Positions 25,494-38,721 of a stretch of DNA of 64,000 nucleotides are shown here, one piece after another (position 1 is the first letter of the stretch; every line of letters begins with the position of its first letter). The notes beneath the pieces were generated by a model. The model saw only the letters and a list, made by a program, of their open reading frames with translations. It searched no databases and had not been told where the DNA came from. The position numbers were made by a program, and so were the translations under genes. The stretch is taken from assembly GCF_006345805.1 (NCBI RefSeq), contig NW_021828015.1, forward strand, positions 62,001 to 126,000, written 5' to 3'. This stretch comes from Octopus sinensis. Taxonomy: Eukaryota.

Positions 25494-26954
25494 CTGGAGA
25501 GAAAAAGAAATTGCCATTTTAATGATGTTCTTTCAGCTTTTCATCATCATCATCAGCATGATGATGATGATGATGACAACTATCGTCATCATCATCATCA
25601 TCACCACTGGCTCTCAAAGTGAACCCACGTGTTTCTTTTGTGCCAAAGCTAGACCATATTTATAGCATTACTTAATGAAATTTTCATTGGAATACTGGCT
25701 GAAAAGGGCTATAATTACCTGGAGAAACCTGCCCTTGATACCCAAGGGCCAGACAAAAAGAGTGAAAAGAGAAGGTTGCTTTTACAAACTTTTTTTTCTC
25801 ATTTATTTATAAGCATGACATTTTCAGTTTTAAAAATGGACAGCAAATGCAAATACAGTACACGGCAAAAACATTGCAACAACAAATGAAGAATGAAGAA
25901 TGAAGAAGAACGCATATCCCCAAAAATAAGTAAATAAATAAACAACTGAAAGAACAAAAAGAAGAAAAAATTAACATTTAAATGAATAATTGATTCTTCA
26001 TCTTTACTTTTGTCCTTTATTTGTTTCAGCTATTGGATTGCAGCAATACTGGAGCACCACCTTGAAGGGTTCCAGTCAAACAAATTGCCCTAGTACGTAT
26101 GTTTTTTCTTTTAAGTTTAGTATGTATTCTGTCAGTTTCTATTGCCAAATTGCTAAGTTATAACGGCATAAACAAATACAGATAGTCAAGTAGTGAGGGT
26201 GTGGACAAACACAGACACACACATACACATATACATGGTGGGTTTCTATACAGTTGCCATCTGCCAAATTCACTCACAGGGCATTGGTCAGCCAGGGGAT
26301 ATAGTAGGACACACGTGTGCAATGTGCCATAAAGTAGGACTGGACCCGAAACTACATGGTTGCAAAGAAAGCTTCTTAACCACACAGCCATGCCTGAGTA
26401 CAATAAATCGATAAAAATATTCCAAACAGTCTAACAAGTTGTTTTGAAGACAGCAATAGTGACAACAGCAATGGTAACATTTGCTTTGAGTCATGCACTT
26501 TGGGTTGCTCAAATAGTAGCTGTATTAAAGTTAATCTTGCTTCAGTTTTAAGACAAACAGATTAGGGATTTAGACTTAACACAGTTACAAGTAAAAAAAG
26601 TTGTTGGAGGAAATTTGTAAGACCAAGCAGTATTACTTTGCCACAGGATCTAATCAAAGAGAAAGTAAGGAGAAAATTATATATATGTGTTTTAGTATGT
26701 TTTAATCATTGTGGTTTTTTAAATACATCTTTATTCATTTCCAAGCAAATATTTGTACTTTTAATTTGTCCATTTATATATTGCATAATGGCTTTCACCC
26801 AACCCCTTTTGACTTTGCATAGCTTATCCATCTCACCGAGCTTGTTTTCTTTGTAAACACCCAGGTAAACAACTCCTCATAATTCTCTGTATCTCTTCAA
26901 GACCTGTGGCTGATAACGATACTGTAACCCATGTCTTCTATTAAAACCGTATGG

Positions 26955-27575
26955 AGTGTGAGAGGGAGAGGGAGGGACAGGTGGAAAAGGGGGGGGGGAT
27001 CAGGTGGGGTGGGGAGAGGGAAATGTAGATGGAAGAGAGGGGGAGATGGGGAGGGGGGAGACTGGAAGGGGAAGAGGGAGAGAGGAAGAAGGAGAGGAGG
27101 AGGGTAGAGGGGGATATAGGAGAGGAGAAGGAAAGGGAAAGGGGGAGGAGAGGGAGGAGGGGAGAGAGTGAAAGAGAAGGGAGAAGTTGAGGGAGATGGA
27201 GAGAGAGAAGGGAGAGGGAAAAGTAGATGGAAGAGAGGGGGAGATGGGAGATGGGGAGGGGGAGACTGGAAGGGGAAGAGGGAGAGAGGAAGAAGGAGAG
27301 GAGGAGGGTAGAGGGGGATATAGGAGAGGGGAAGGAAAGGGGAAAGAGGGAGGAGGGGGTGAGAGTGAAAGAGAAGGGAGAAGGCGAGGGAGATGGAGAG
27401 AGAGAAGGGAGAGGAAAAAGGAGAGAGAGGGGAGGAGAGAGAAGGGAGAAGGAGAGAAAGAGGGAAGAAGAAAGGGCAGAAGAAGAGAGGGGGGGGGGGG
27501 GGGAAGAAGAGAGATGGGAGAGGGAGAGAGAGAAGGGAGAGGAAAAAGGAGAGAGAGAGAGAGGAGAGAGAGATC
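26955..27575. repeat. Polypurine GA/G-rich tract with internal ~200-bp duplication; second tract at 29490-29870
   Basis: Nearly pure purine plus strand; 27025-27205 repeated at ~27224-27410. Confidence 0.9.
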
Positions 27576-28011
27576 AGACTGACAGATAAAATTAGCAAGG
27601 GAGGTAACTTACTGTTTCAATGGCCTGAATTCTCTAAGAGTGGGATTGGAAATTAGGGCCAATAAAGTTGGTGACGGCATTTTTCTCCATGTCATTAATC
27701 CTCGTATCACATCCTTTGAAAAAAAAAAAGTATATATTAATTTAGACAATGTAACCACTAGCTATCTACCTACTCTCTCTCTCCCTTTCTGTATATATAT
27801 ATAAAATTATAATTTAGGGTATCTAAGAGATTCCACCACGCTGGAAATAGCTGTCAAAACTTGACTCTAAAACCATATTTTAATAATAATTTTAATAATA
27901 ATTATTACCTTTGAAGGTTTTTATTCCCATGCTGGCCACCTGATAAGATCGGCATTTAAATATCGATCTTTTTCTTATTTATATAAATTTATATATATAT
28001 ATATATTCGCC

Positions 28012-28196
28012 ATGATAGATCGCTACACTACACATTCTTTATTTTCTCTCTTTGTTTCTTTCTGTGTTCCTTTCTGTGGAAGAACGTAGGCTTGAAACGT
28101 TAAAGACTTTTTCACTTCCCGAGTGTTAAACTAATACATCTGTTTGTTGTCTAAACCACCTGTCGTTGTCTTTTGTTTTTTTCGTGAATTCTCCCC
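28012..28196 (+). mobile_element. Penelope-like pseudo-LTR-type repeat with hammerhead variant at 28070-28105; related copies at 32780-32914 and ~54550-54737
   Basis: CTTT-CTGTGGA-A-GAAC..GCTT-GAAA-CGTT-AAAG. Three recognisable copies, each ending at a (TA)n run. Confidence 0.6.
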
Positions 28197-28197
28197 T

Positions 28198-28248
<51 letters not shown>

Positions 28249-28252
28249 CTAT

Positions 28253-28640
28253 TCACATTTGGAACTTGAGAAAAGTCTTGCATATTTTTACTGTTCCACT
28301 CACATATTGCCCTTGTAATGTATGAATTAGCCAGTCAATTTGTCTTTCTGAAAATCCCAGTTTATCCAGATTCTCCTTTAAGCATTTACCAACAAAATTT
28401 AGTGCTCCAATTATTATTGGTAGGAATATGAATTCATAGTCTGGATACAGAAGCTGGAGGTTTTGAAGCAGTTGTCCATAGATATCTTCTTTTTCTTTGA
28501 TTTTCAAAGAGATATATCTGCGGGGCAGCTGACCTCTTTGACAGTACATACCTTTGCCCTTCTATCCCAAACAACAATATCTGGCCTGTTATGTTTACAT
28601 TTGACAGAAGTTTTGATGGAAATATTCCACCAGTATTCCT
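28253..28640 (-). mobile_element. RLE-clade retrotransposon fragment, distinct subfamily, in (TA)n/(GA)n context
   Basis: YWWNISIKTSVKCKHNRPDIVVWD...KEKEDIYGQL...PIIIGAL. Confidence 0.75.
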
Positions 28641-28691
28641 TGAGTTTGTATGTATGTATGTATGTATGTGTGTATATCTACATATGTTTAG

Positions 28692-28742
<51 letters not shown>

Positions 28743-30199
28743 CTACATGGTCTAAAAATGCATTCAGAAACATAATTCAAACATAAGTAAGCTGAACACT
28801 AGTGAAACCCAGTCAGTAAAATGTGAATTTTTTCTACTGCAAAAACTCTGTTGGCTACAACATGCACTAAAATTTATTCAGTAAAATTTTTTTATATGCA
28901 AACATTTTATACACAAAAACTTTCCAGTAATATGTGACTCTGCCTCCTTTCTATTGTGTAAAAAAACTTTCCTTGTGAAAAGATACGCTAATATTTTTAC
29001 AGTAAAATTTTTATGTGAGACATTTGTTAAGTAAATACAAAACATAATTTTGTACTTTCACTTTCAGATATGTAAGTATATATATATATATATAAACATA
29101 AATTTAGCACATTCTCAACCCTTTATTATTATTTTTCATATGTGTGTGTGTGTGTACGAATACATATATACAGACGTACATATAAATTAGTTTGCAGTGC
29201 TGGCTGTGTTATATCAACATGCATGAACAAAAGAGTACTGGTGACCTCAAAAGAAGAGCTAGGCATTGGAGGATTTTTACAAAGTGCAAAGGGGGTTTTG
29301 GTGATGTGGACATGTGATGATGTATATGTGGAGAACGATAGTTAGGTGGAATAAATTTTGTTTTTTTATGATGCAAAGAGAAAGAACTAGCAGGAGGGGG
29401 GAAGATCAAAGAAGACAAAGCGAGAACTTATGAGAACTGGAGTGTTGATGCTGAGCTTCACAAACAAAATTACAAAGGTATGTGGCAAAAAGTAGGAGGT
29501 GGCGAAGAGAAAGTGGGGGTAGGAGGAAGGGGAAGGGGAGGGCAAGGAGGGGCGAGGATGAAGAGAGGGCAAGGAGGAGGAGGAGGTCAAGAGGAGGAGG
29601 ACGACAACAAGAATAGGAGGACATGAAGAAGTGGAGGGCAGAGAGGGGCGCTGCACGGAGGGAGAGGGAAGGATGGCAAGAAGGAGAGCAATGTGTGGGG
29701 GAGGAGGAGGAGGGGGAGGACAAAAAGGTGGGCAAGCTGGAGGGTGTGGAGGAGGAGGGGAGGATGACCAAGAGGGGAGGAGGAAGAGGAGGGCAAAGAG
29801 GGGAGGGGGACGTGGAGGGGAGGAGGGCAAGAAGGTCTAGGAGGAAGAAGAAGAAGAAGAAGAAGAAAACACAAACAACAACAGAGTATCTATCTATCTA
29901 TCTACTAATGTTCTAAATTCCAGGAATCTCCTTTTTTGTTTTAACAAAAATTAAAATCAAAAGGAAATAAAACTAAATAAGACAAAATTCCAATCACTGA
30001 AAATAATATTTCTCTTGACTTCAGTGTCTGACTTCTATTGAGTCGAACCACCACCACCACCACCACCACCACCACCACCACCACCACCACACCCAAAGAG
30101 TAACATTTCCTCTCACTCTCAAAAGCATATACATACATATGTACATAACCTCCATTCACCGCTACCTACATAGATAAGTCCACACATATATAGATACAC

Positions 30200-30227
30200 G
30201 TAGGAAGTGTTTCTTCTTCCATATCCA
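30200..30227 (-). CDS. CFAP221: Putative 28-nt micro-exon E (phase 1-2): (V)DMEEETLP(T)
   Basis: Acceptor atcttcattttag, donor AC|gtgtat. Bridges the phase-1 end of exon D to the phase-2 start of exon F without a stop. Confidence 0.55.
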
Positions 30228-30500
30228 CTAAAATGAAGATATAATCACAAGGAGCGTACGAGAAAAGTTTAAAACAAAACCAGAAAAAAGAAAAACAAGG
30301 AAAAAGAAAAGCAAGGAAAAGAATTTTTTTTTAAATGCAAAACAGTTCACTGAGGCTACAGATTTATTTTTCTTTAAAATTGGAGATTAGAAGAGGCTTT
30401 TAAAAATCAATAAAAGATCTAAGTTTGTTCCAGTTATTGAGATTAAAGGGGGAAAAAAATAACGATGACAATAGCAATGACAATACTACAATTACTACTA

Positions 30501-30544
<44 letters not shown>

Positions 30545-30560
30545 ATAATAATAATAATAA

Positions 30561-30596
<36 letters not shown>

Positions 30597-30896
30597 CATG
30601 ATGATGATAACAATAATAAAAATATTTTGTTTAGTTACTATATATATATATGATGTGTGGGTGTGTAAGCTTATATATATACATATATATAATCATATAC
30701 ATATACATATATATACGTACATATATATATATATATATACACATTTATACACATTTATATGTATATACACATATACATACATATATATATATACATATAT
30801 ACATACATTTATAAATATGTATAGAAATGCATATATGCATGCATATAATATACACATACACACACACAGAAACACACATGTGTATGTATATATACA

Positions 30897-30932
<36 letters not shown>

Positions 30933-31006
30933 CAATGAAACTAATAAGAATGCTCTGTTTATTTAATATATACGTACTTATATATATAAAATAATAATAA
31001 TAGTAC

Positions 31007-31040
<34 letters not shown>

Positions 31041-31041
31041 C

Positions 31042-31073
<32 letters not shown>

Positions 31074-31129
31074 TAGTAGTAGTAGTAGTAGTAGTAAAAT
31101 GGAATGAGGAGGAAAAAGAAAACATGCAC

Positions 31130-31211
31130 CAGGCAATCCCTCTGTGATTATTGCCATTTTGTAATTGACAGGAGTTAAGTTTCTTGAATCAAGCATTACC
31201 ATGGGATTTTC
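31130..31211 (-). CDS. CFAP221: CFAP221-like exon D (82 nt, phase 0-1): ENPMVMLDSRNLTPVNYKMAIITEGLP
   Basis: Acceptor ttattccatcag, donor CCTG|gtgcat (weak). Unique-sequence island in microsatellite. Phase fits only via micro-exon E. Homology is weak. Confidence 0.6.
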
Positions 31212-32109
31212 CTGATGGAATAATTTTTGGTAATTTCTTCTTTTGCATTTCTTACTTTTTTTTCCATTTTTTTTTTTTTTCTGTAATTCATTGTTTTAAA
31301 ACTGTTATTTTACAGAATTTAACAAAATCTCCAATGCTTATTTTTTCCTCTTCTGTCTTTTTGTTTTTTGTTTGTTCTTTTTTAAATGATTAAGAAATAC
31401 AAAAAAAAAAGCCTGATGTGTAAAAGTAGAACTGAGATAAATTAAAAACCTTTGTTTCTCTTTTATTGAATACTAATGAAAGAATGTACAAGAAGAATAT
31501 ATAACAGTAAAGAACCACCATTATATCAGATAGACTTTTGAAATTGACTCATGCTCTTTGTAAGGTTGGGTTTTTTTTCTTTATATTCTATGAGAAGGCA
31601 CTCAGTGTCATGGCTGAAGTTCACAGTCTGCTAGAAATAGTAACCAAGTTTACCTCTTATGACTCTTGGAGGCCCTCCAGGACCAGTGAGTTTTGATGTT
31701 ATTAATTTTCCATATAAAATGATGCAGGTTTGAATTTCTAAAGACATGACTGGATTTGGTAAATGGAAATTAAAAGAAGCCCATTATGTAAATGTGTATA
31801 TACACCATTCAAGCATGATCGTTGCCGGTGCCACCTGACTGGCTCCTGTGCCAGTGGCATGTAAAAATCACCATTTGAGTGTGGTCGTTACCAGCATTGC
31901 CTGTGGCGCATTAAAGCACTCACTACACTCTTGGAGTGGTTGGCGTTAGGAAGGGCATTCAGCTGTAGAAACTTTGCCAGATCAGATTGGAGTCTGGTGC
32001 AGCCTTCTGTCTCACCAGCCCTCAGTCAAACCATCCAATCCATGCCAGCATGGAAAGTGGACGTTAAACGATAACGACAACAACAATGACCATCGTCATC
32101 ATTGGCATT

Positions 32110-32780
32110 GTCATCATTTAACGTCCATTGTCCATGCTGATGTGGGTTGGTCGGTTTGACCAGGGCCGGTAAGTTGAGGGACTTCACCAGACTTCAGTCT
32201 GATTTGGCATGGTCTCTACAGCTGGATGCCCTTCCTAACACCAACCACTCTAAGAGTGTAACAAGTGCTTTTACATGTCACTGGCACGGATGTCAGTTGT
32301 ATGACACCAGTATCTGCCACGACTATGATTTCACTTGGCTTCATAAGTCTTCTTCTCAACCACAGCATATTGCCAAAGGTCTCAGTCATCCGAAATTGCC
32401 TCCATGAGGCCCAATGCTCAAAAGGTTCTTTTTATGTGCCACTGGCACAGGGTGGTAATTACATGACACCAGCATCGGCCACATTGCCTCCATGAGGCTC
32501 AATGCTTGAAAAATGGTTTTATGTGACACTGGCATGGGTATTAGAGAGATGGCACCAGTCTCTGCCATGGCAATGATTTCACTTGGCTTGATGGATCTTC
32601 TACTCAAGCAGGGCATATCGCTAAAAGTCTTGGTCACTAGTCATTGCATCCATGAGGTCCAGCATTCAAAGATCATGCTTCACTACCTCGTACCATTTCT
32701 TCCTGTGTCCACCTCTTCCACAGGTTCCCTCAACAGTTAGAGATTTGTACTACTTTACACAGCTCTCCTTGTCCATCCGT
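32110..32780 (-). mobile_element. RTE LINE 3' end with repeat-prone UTR; family copies at ~2750-3222(-), 5628-6032(+), 14972-15410(+), 21430-22048(-), 31805-32075(+), 37450-37692(+), 47090-47390(-)
   Basis: Minus strand 32780-32640 reads RMDKESCVK..SLTVEGTCGRG..RKKWYEVVKHDL. Shared tail TTAGGAAGGGCATCCAGCTGTAGAAAC...CCATGCCAGCATGG..GTTAAA(TGA)n. Confidence 0.75.
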
Positions 32781-32975
32781 GTTCCTTTCTGTGGAAGAGC
32801 ATAAGCTCAGCTCAAAACATTAAAGACTTTTTCACTTCCTGAGCGTTATACGAATACATCTGTTTGTTGTCTACACCACCTGTCTTCATCTTTTGTTTTT
32901 TTGTGAATTCTCCCTAAATATATATATATATCGTGCTGAGTTGACGTAGGGAATTTTGGAAATGGATGTTACTGT

Positions 32976-33038
32976 CTCCAATTGAAGATTGCAAAGCATG
33001 TTTTCTCATGCACAGCATGAAATCAATTGATATTGGGG
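32976..33038 (+). ncRNA. Decayed minimal hammerhead motif
   Basis: CTCCAA-TTGAAGA-T-TGC..GCA-T-GAAA-TCAATTGA-TA-TTGGGG. Palindrome ATCAATTGAT. Confidence 0.6.
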
Positions 33039-33843
33039 CATGTAAACTACCTTTAAATTCCGTCCTGAAGGTAGGCCTATTTTTTGAAGTGTTCATTGTG
33101 TTGCTTGTCTGTGTATTTATCATAGGATTTGTGGTCTTTAAAGCTTTTGCTTTCATCTTTGGCAAGCAGTATTTTTACCCTTCTTTTATTCAAATATATA
33201 TATATCATCATCATCATCATCATTTAATGTCCGCCTTCAATGGGTGTGTATATATGTATGTAAGTATGTGTATACACGCACACACACACACATGGTTGGG
33301 TGGTTGGATAAGAAGCTTGCTTCCCAACCACATGTTCATGGGTTCAGTTTCATAATGTGACATGTTGGGCAGAGTGTTTTCTATAAGCCTCAGGCTGACC
33401 AAAGCCTAGTGAGTGGATTAGAAGATTTAGTTGTGTGTGTGGGTATGTGTGTGTTTGTATGTGTGCATGTTTGTATGTGTGAGTGTGTGTATGCATATGC
33501 ATGAGTATATTTGTATATATCTATATATATGCATGAATGTGTGTGTATGTATATGTATGTGTTGTATGAGTGAGTCTCCTTGCCTTGATATCATGTAATG
33601 GTTGTAAATGAATGGTATTTATTTCCATATTGGTAAAAGGTAAAATGATAAAGGCATGAAGGCACATGACTCAGTAGTTAGAGTGTCAGGCCCCAATCAT
33701 GAGGTAGCAATTTCGATTCCTGGACTGAGATGTGTGTTTGTTCTGGGGTCAATGCAATCGACTCAATTCACCCCTGAAATTGATGGGCTTGTGCCAAAAT
33801 TTGAAATTATTATTACTATGGTTGTAATCTTTTATTATTATTA

Positions 33844-33879
<36 letters not shown>

Positions 33880-34765
33880 GGCAGTGAGCTGGCAGAATCA
33901 TTAGCATACTGGACAGAATGCTTAGCAGTATTTCATCCATCATTACGTTCTGAGTTCAAATTACACCAAGGTCAATTCTACAGATTTCTTCAAGGAATAC
34001 CAGATAAGCCACCCATATCTGGATACAACTCACTCAACAATAACTCACAACTTGAATGGACCATAAACAAAACTTGACTTAAAAAGGATTTAGATAATCC
34101 TATCAGGTGGTGCTATTAAGTTAGACATGGCCTGGACCAATCTTTGGTTGAAACACATCTAAGTTTTATCTAAGATTTTATGATAAATGACATTTTACAG
34201 ATTTTGTATGATTTTAAATAGTTAAAATGGCTCATTCATGATTTTATTCAATTTTTTTAAAGTTTTCGTTAAAATTATTCTTATATTGCTTTATCATAAT
34301 ATTTTAAAGAAATAATATTTTAAAAAATTAATGTAGAATCAATCAGCAATTTAAACTTTTTTTTACATGTGTATATATATATTATATATATATATATATA
34401 ATATATATATACTATATATGGGAAAAAATAAGTTCAAAAAAGAACAATTCAAACTTTTTGAGAGGTCTAAAAAGAGAGAAAAGAATGATTTCTATTAAAG
34501 ATTCATCATATTCATAAAAAAAACAGCCAGATCAAGTAATAAGAATATGAATAAAGTATTTGAAAAATATCATTATAGGTATAAATATACCATAAACAAT
34601 TATAGAAAAATGGAGGAGAAAAAAGATGTCGAATCAAAATTAGATTTAATACAAAATAGGATTCAATACATACACACGTTTCAAAGGACAATACAAATAT
34701 GTAAAAAAAAAAAAAATTATATGTCCCCATATAATTAAATTTATGCACACACACATAATTAAATT

Positions 34766-34800
<35 letters not shown>

Positions 34801-34846
34801 TATTCTTTTTACACATATACAAAAAAGAAAAAATATTATATTTTAC

Positions 34847-34981
34847 ATTTTTGTCCAGGAACTTCTTTTGAGTTAAAGAATTCTGCTTTGGAAACCTGGG
34901 TACAGGGCACATATTGAAGTCAGCATTAAATTCAGAATATGATAATGGTACTTCAAATGTCAGAAGGTTTGGTATTGGATT
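34847..34981 (-). CDS. CFAP221: CFAP221-like exon C (135 nt, phase 0-0): NPIPNLLTFEVPLSYSEFNADFNMCPVPRFPKQNSLTQKKFLDKN
   Basis: Acceptor ttttttccag, donor AAT|gtaaaa. Matches the recalled CFAP221 block NPNPGL...PLTYAE..DYHLC..PKY...TQKQFL. Confidence 0.9.
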
Positions 34982-35085
34982 CTGGAAAAAAATTATATCA
35001 AAATACAAATGAAGAAAAGGAGATGAAAATGTTCATATCTTTGACTCTCTCTCTCCCTCTCTCTCTCTCTCTCACACACACACAC

Positions 35086-35138
<53 letters not shown>

Positions 35139-35485
35139 CATATATAGAGAGAGAGATAGAGGGATCATATGTGTTGGTACACACACATAAACACATATAT
35201 TCACAATATACATACATAAAACTCTATCTCCCATCTCACCTCTCTCTCTCATCTTCCACACACATATATACAAACACACACTCATACACATACTGACACA
35301 GACATGTATAAACACTGTTTCTTATAAAAAAAATTAAATCAAGAGAAAAAAAAATCAGGAAAAAGAAAACATGATGTGATCACAGCTGGAATTGTTTTCT
35401 ATCATGGTTATACCAGATCATAAGTGTCCTGACCTGGTGCTAAAAACATGAACAACCAGCAACAACATATTCTATTAACTCTGCA

Positions 35486-35646
35486 AGAATGATGTTATGT
35501 AAGGTTAGCTCCGACAGGATCTGAAATCAAAACAGATTCTGTAAAATGTTTTCGTTTGCTACCATGATTCATTCATCCACAAAGGCCCTGAAGATCGCTG
35601 TTCAGATTTCAAATCCTGTCAGAGATAACTTATATAACACCATTCT
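35486..35646. mobile_element. Small fold-back MITE
   Basis: ~50-bp imperfect TIRs AGAATGATGTTATGTAAG..GACAGGATCTGAAATC / GATTTCAAATCCTGTC..TTATATAACACCATTCT. Confidence 0.7.
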
Positions 35647-35941
35647 ATAGTTGATAAAATAAGTTGCAGTTAGCTCCAGGTCAATATACTTCAGATCCAG
35701 CATGTCTGTGATGAAAGAAATTTCCAGCTGTGACTATACAGTTTTATTTATATATTATTTTTTCAGGCAGTGTGCACATGCATGAGAGAGAGAGAGAGAA
35801 GTAGAAAGAAAAAGGAAGAAATAAAGTTGAAAACATACATACACACACGTGTGTGTATATATATTGTATATATAGTGTGTATATATATACTGTGTGGATA
35901 TATATATATATATATATATTGTGTGTATATATATATATACA

Positions 35942-36333
35942 TATTCTGAGCGCCTTGTTTCCCTGGGCATGGATTCACTGAAGCTCCGGCGTTTGGCGAC
36001 GGACTTGGTAAACACCCACAAAGTTATCAACCACCTCACCAACAACAACACTGAACACCTTTTTGATCTCCATGTGTCTAACACACGTGGACATGCCTAC
36101 AAAGTCAGAAAACAATACAGCTCCCATGACTTTCGGAAACATTTTTTCACGCTCAGAGTTGCTGAAGCATGGAATAAACTGCCTGCGTCAGTTGTTGACT
36201 GCCATGACACTGCATCTTTTAAGGCCCTCATGCTTTCCGAAATCTGCCGAAACTACACCTGATTATATATACACTTTAGATGAGTTGTAGTGCACCTGAG
36301 CACTGTACACAATTATTATTATTATTATTATTA
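35942..36333 (+). mobile_element. CR1-clade LINE 3' end
   Basis: YSERL..LGMDSLKLRRL..DL...TRGHAYKV...RKHFFTLRVAEAWNKLP; short UTR and (ATT)n tail. Confidence 0.85.
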
Positions 36334-36349
36334 TAAATATACACATATA

Positions 36350-36960
36350 TATTGGATCATCCCACAAATAATACAGTCTTTTTATACTTCTTATATTTTT
36401 CAAAATTAAGAAATTTTTTAAAATCTAAAATACACTTTACTTCATTTTCTACAATGCTCTTCCATCTATCTGGTAGACTTGCAAGGCCCCTCTTCCAAAA
36501 TTCACTTGTCTGTGGTGAAAAATAATCTTCCAGTACTGTTCTGACCTCGTCTACAGAATTCATATTTTTTCCATCCAAATGATTTTGAAGACAGTGGAAT
36601 AAATGATAATCAGATGGGGAAATGTCCAGCAAATATGGTGAGTCTGGCATTGTTTCCTATTCAAACTGTTCCAGCCTTTGGAATGTCATCCTCATTGTAT
36701 GTACTTGTTGGTTTGGATTTGAAAGTTCAGAGCAGACTAAACCTTTTATATCCCACAAAACAAGATAACAACACCTTATGTGGGTGAAACCCGTCTTTAT
36801 CCTGGGGTGCCGGTGTTTGTTCTTTCCCTACCTACTGTCTTCAGCACTTGACATTTTTAAAGAGAACCCATTTCTCATCACCAGTCACTATTCAGTTCAA
36901 AAAATTCATGAGACATGAAAACAAAGAAGAACATATATTCACTCTCTGCATGTGATCAGA
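36350..36960 (-). mobile_element. mariner transposase fossil, internally deleted
   Basis: IVTGDEKWVLF near 36870 and ISPSDYHLF...FWKRGLASLPDRWKSIVEN. Confidence 0.85.
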
Positions 36961-37037
36961 GATACAGAGATGGAGAAAAGAGTGGAAGGGGGACTTTATA
37001 CACACATAAGTCACACGTATATATATATAGATAGATA

Positions 37038-37085
<48 letters not shown>

Positions 37086-37111
37086 TAAATAGATAAATAG
37101 ATAGATAGATG

Positions 37112-37151
<40 letters not shown>

Positions 37152-37180
37152 TACATATTATATATATATATATATATATG

Positions 37181-37380
37181 TAGGCTAAAGTAGTGAGGAA
37201 AGGCAAACAATTAGGCTATGCAAGACAACGACATTTCAATATATTTAATTCAATCTAATATTTAGCGACATAACAAACAGTAAATGTTGTACAGTTAAAT
37301 TTTAGATCGAATTAAATGAATTTAAATGTCCTTGTCTTGCATTGCCTGATTGTTTGTCTTTCCTCGTGACTTTAACTTAT
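37181..37380. mobile_element. Fold-back palindromic element with ~85-bp arms
   Basis: GAGGAAAGGCAAACAATTAGGCTATGCAAGACAA pairs with TTGTCTTGCATTGCCTGATTGTTTGTCTTTCCTC. Confidence 0.75.
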
Positions 37381-37715
37381 ACCCACTGACTAAAAGAGAT
37401 GTCACTTGTAGCCGCTTTTGAACAAGATAATCACACAACCACAACTTCAACAGAGCAAAGCTGAGCAAAATCACAGTCATGGCAGATACTGGTGTCACAC
37501 AAATTGGCACCCATGCCGGTGGCATATAAAGATACCCATTACACTCTCAGAGTGGTTGGCATTAGGAAGGGCATCCTGTCATAGAAAACCATACCAAATC
37601 AGACTCGAGTTTGGTGTAGCCTTCCAGAGTACCAGCCCGGTCAAACCGTCCAACCTATGTCAGTATAGACAACAGACGTTAAATGATGATAACGATATAT
37701 ACATGTGTGTGTGTA

Positions 37716-37778
<63 letters not shown>

Positions 37779-38674
37779 CTTGCTTGGAATAGTGATGTAT
37801 CCAACAATGAATATCATAAAACTATAAAATTGAAACTGACAGCATTATACATTTCAAAATTTATTTAGAATTCAATAATGACACAAATTAACTAATTAAT
37901 TTAATAAATTTAATTATCTTGTTCTGGGGTTATCATTTATTTTTCTCTTTCCTTTCTTTTCATACTTCTTTAGCTTTTTGTTTCTTTTTCTTTCTTTCAT
38001 CAATATATCATAGCTCTTTAGCAAGCATGCACATGGCTGCAAGGTTAAGAAGTTTCTGTCAAAATCATATTGTTTAAGGTTCCAGCCCAATGTGAGGTAC
38101 CTCTTGCCTCATAACAGATGATGCATCAAAATCCATTATAATTTTTTACATAAATCTTCACCTTCTTTAGTAATTTCTATACTTAACATTTGTTCCTTAC
38201 AAGGTATTAGACTGGAAGAATTAATTGTCTACCAAACAAAACACCTTTCAATGTTTGGTTTTAGCTCATTGCATTCTAAATTCAAATTTCACCAAGGTTA
38301 AAAATCGTCTTTCACCCTTCCAAAGTTGATAAAACGAAGCACCTGTCAAGTACTGGTGTGATTCTACTCAACTTTAGCACGTTCCTGACTCAGTGGTTAG
38401 AACGTTGGGCCCACAATCATGAGGTAGCAAGTTCAATTCCCTGACTGGTCTGTGCATTGTGTTCTTGAGCAAGACACTTTACTTCATGTTGCTCCAGTTC
38501 ACGCTGCCGTAGAAATGAGTTGTGACATCACAGGTGCCAAACTGTATCGGTCTTTGCCTTTTCCTGGGATAACATCAGTGGCATGGAGAGGGAAGCCTGG
38601 TATGCATGGGTGACTGCTGGTCTTCCATAAACAACCTTGCCCAGACTTGTGACTCTCTCTTTCTCTCTCTCTTA

Positions 38675-38721
<47 letters not shown>

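Noticed and set aside
27936-27970. CTGATAA plus GATCG..CGATC hairpin
   Set aside because: No GAAA or stem III follows; at best a truncated hammerhead.
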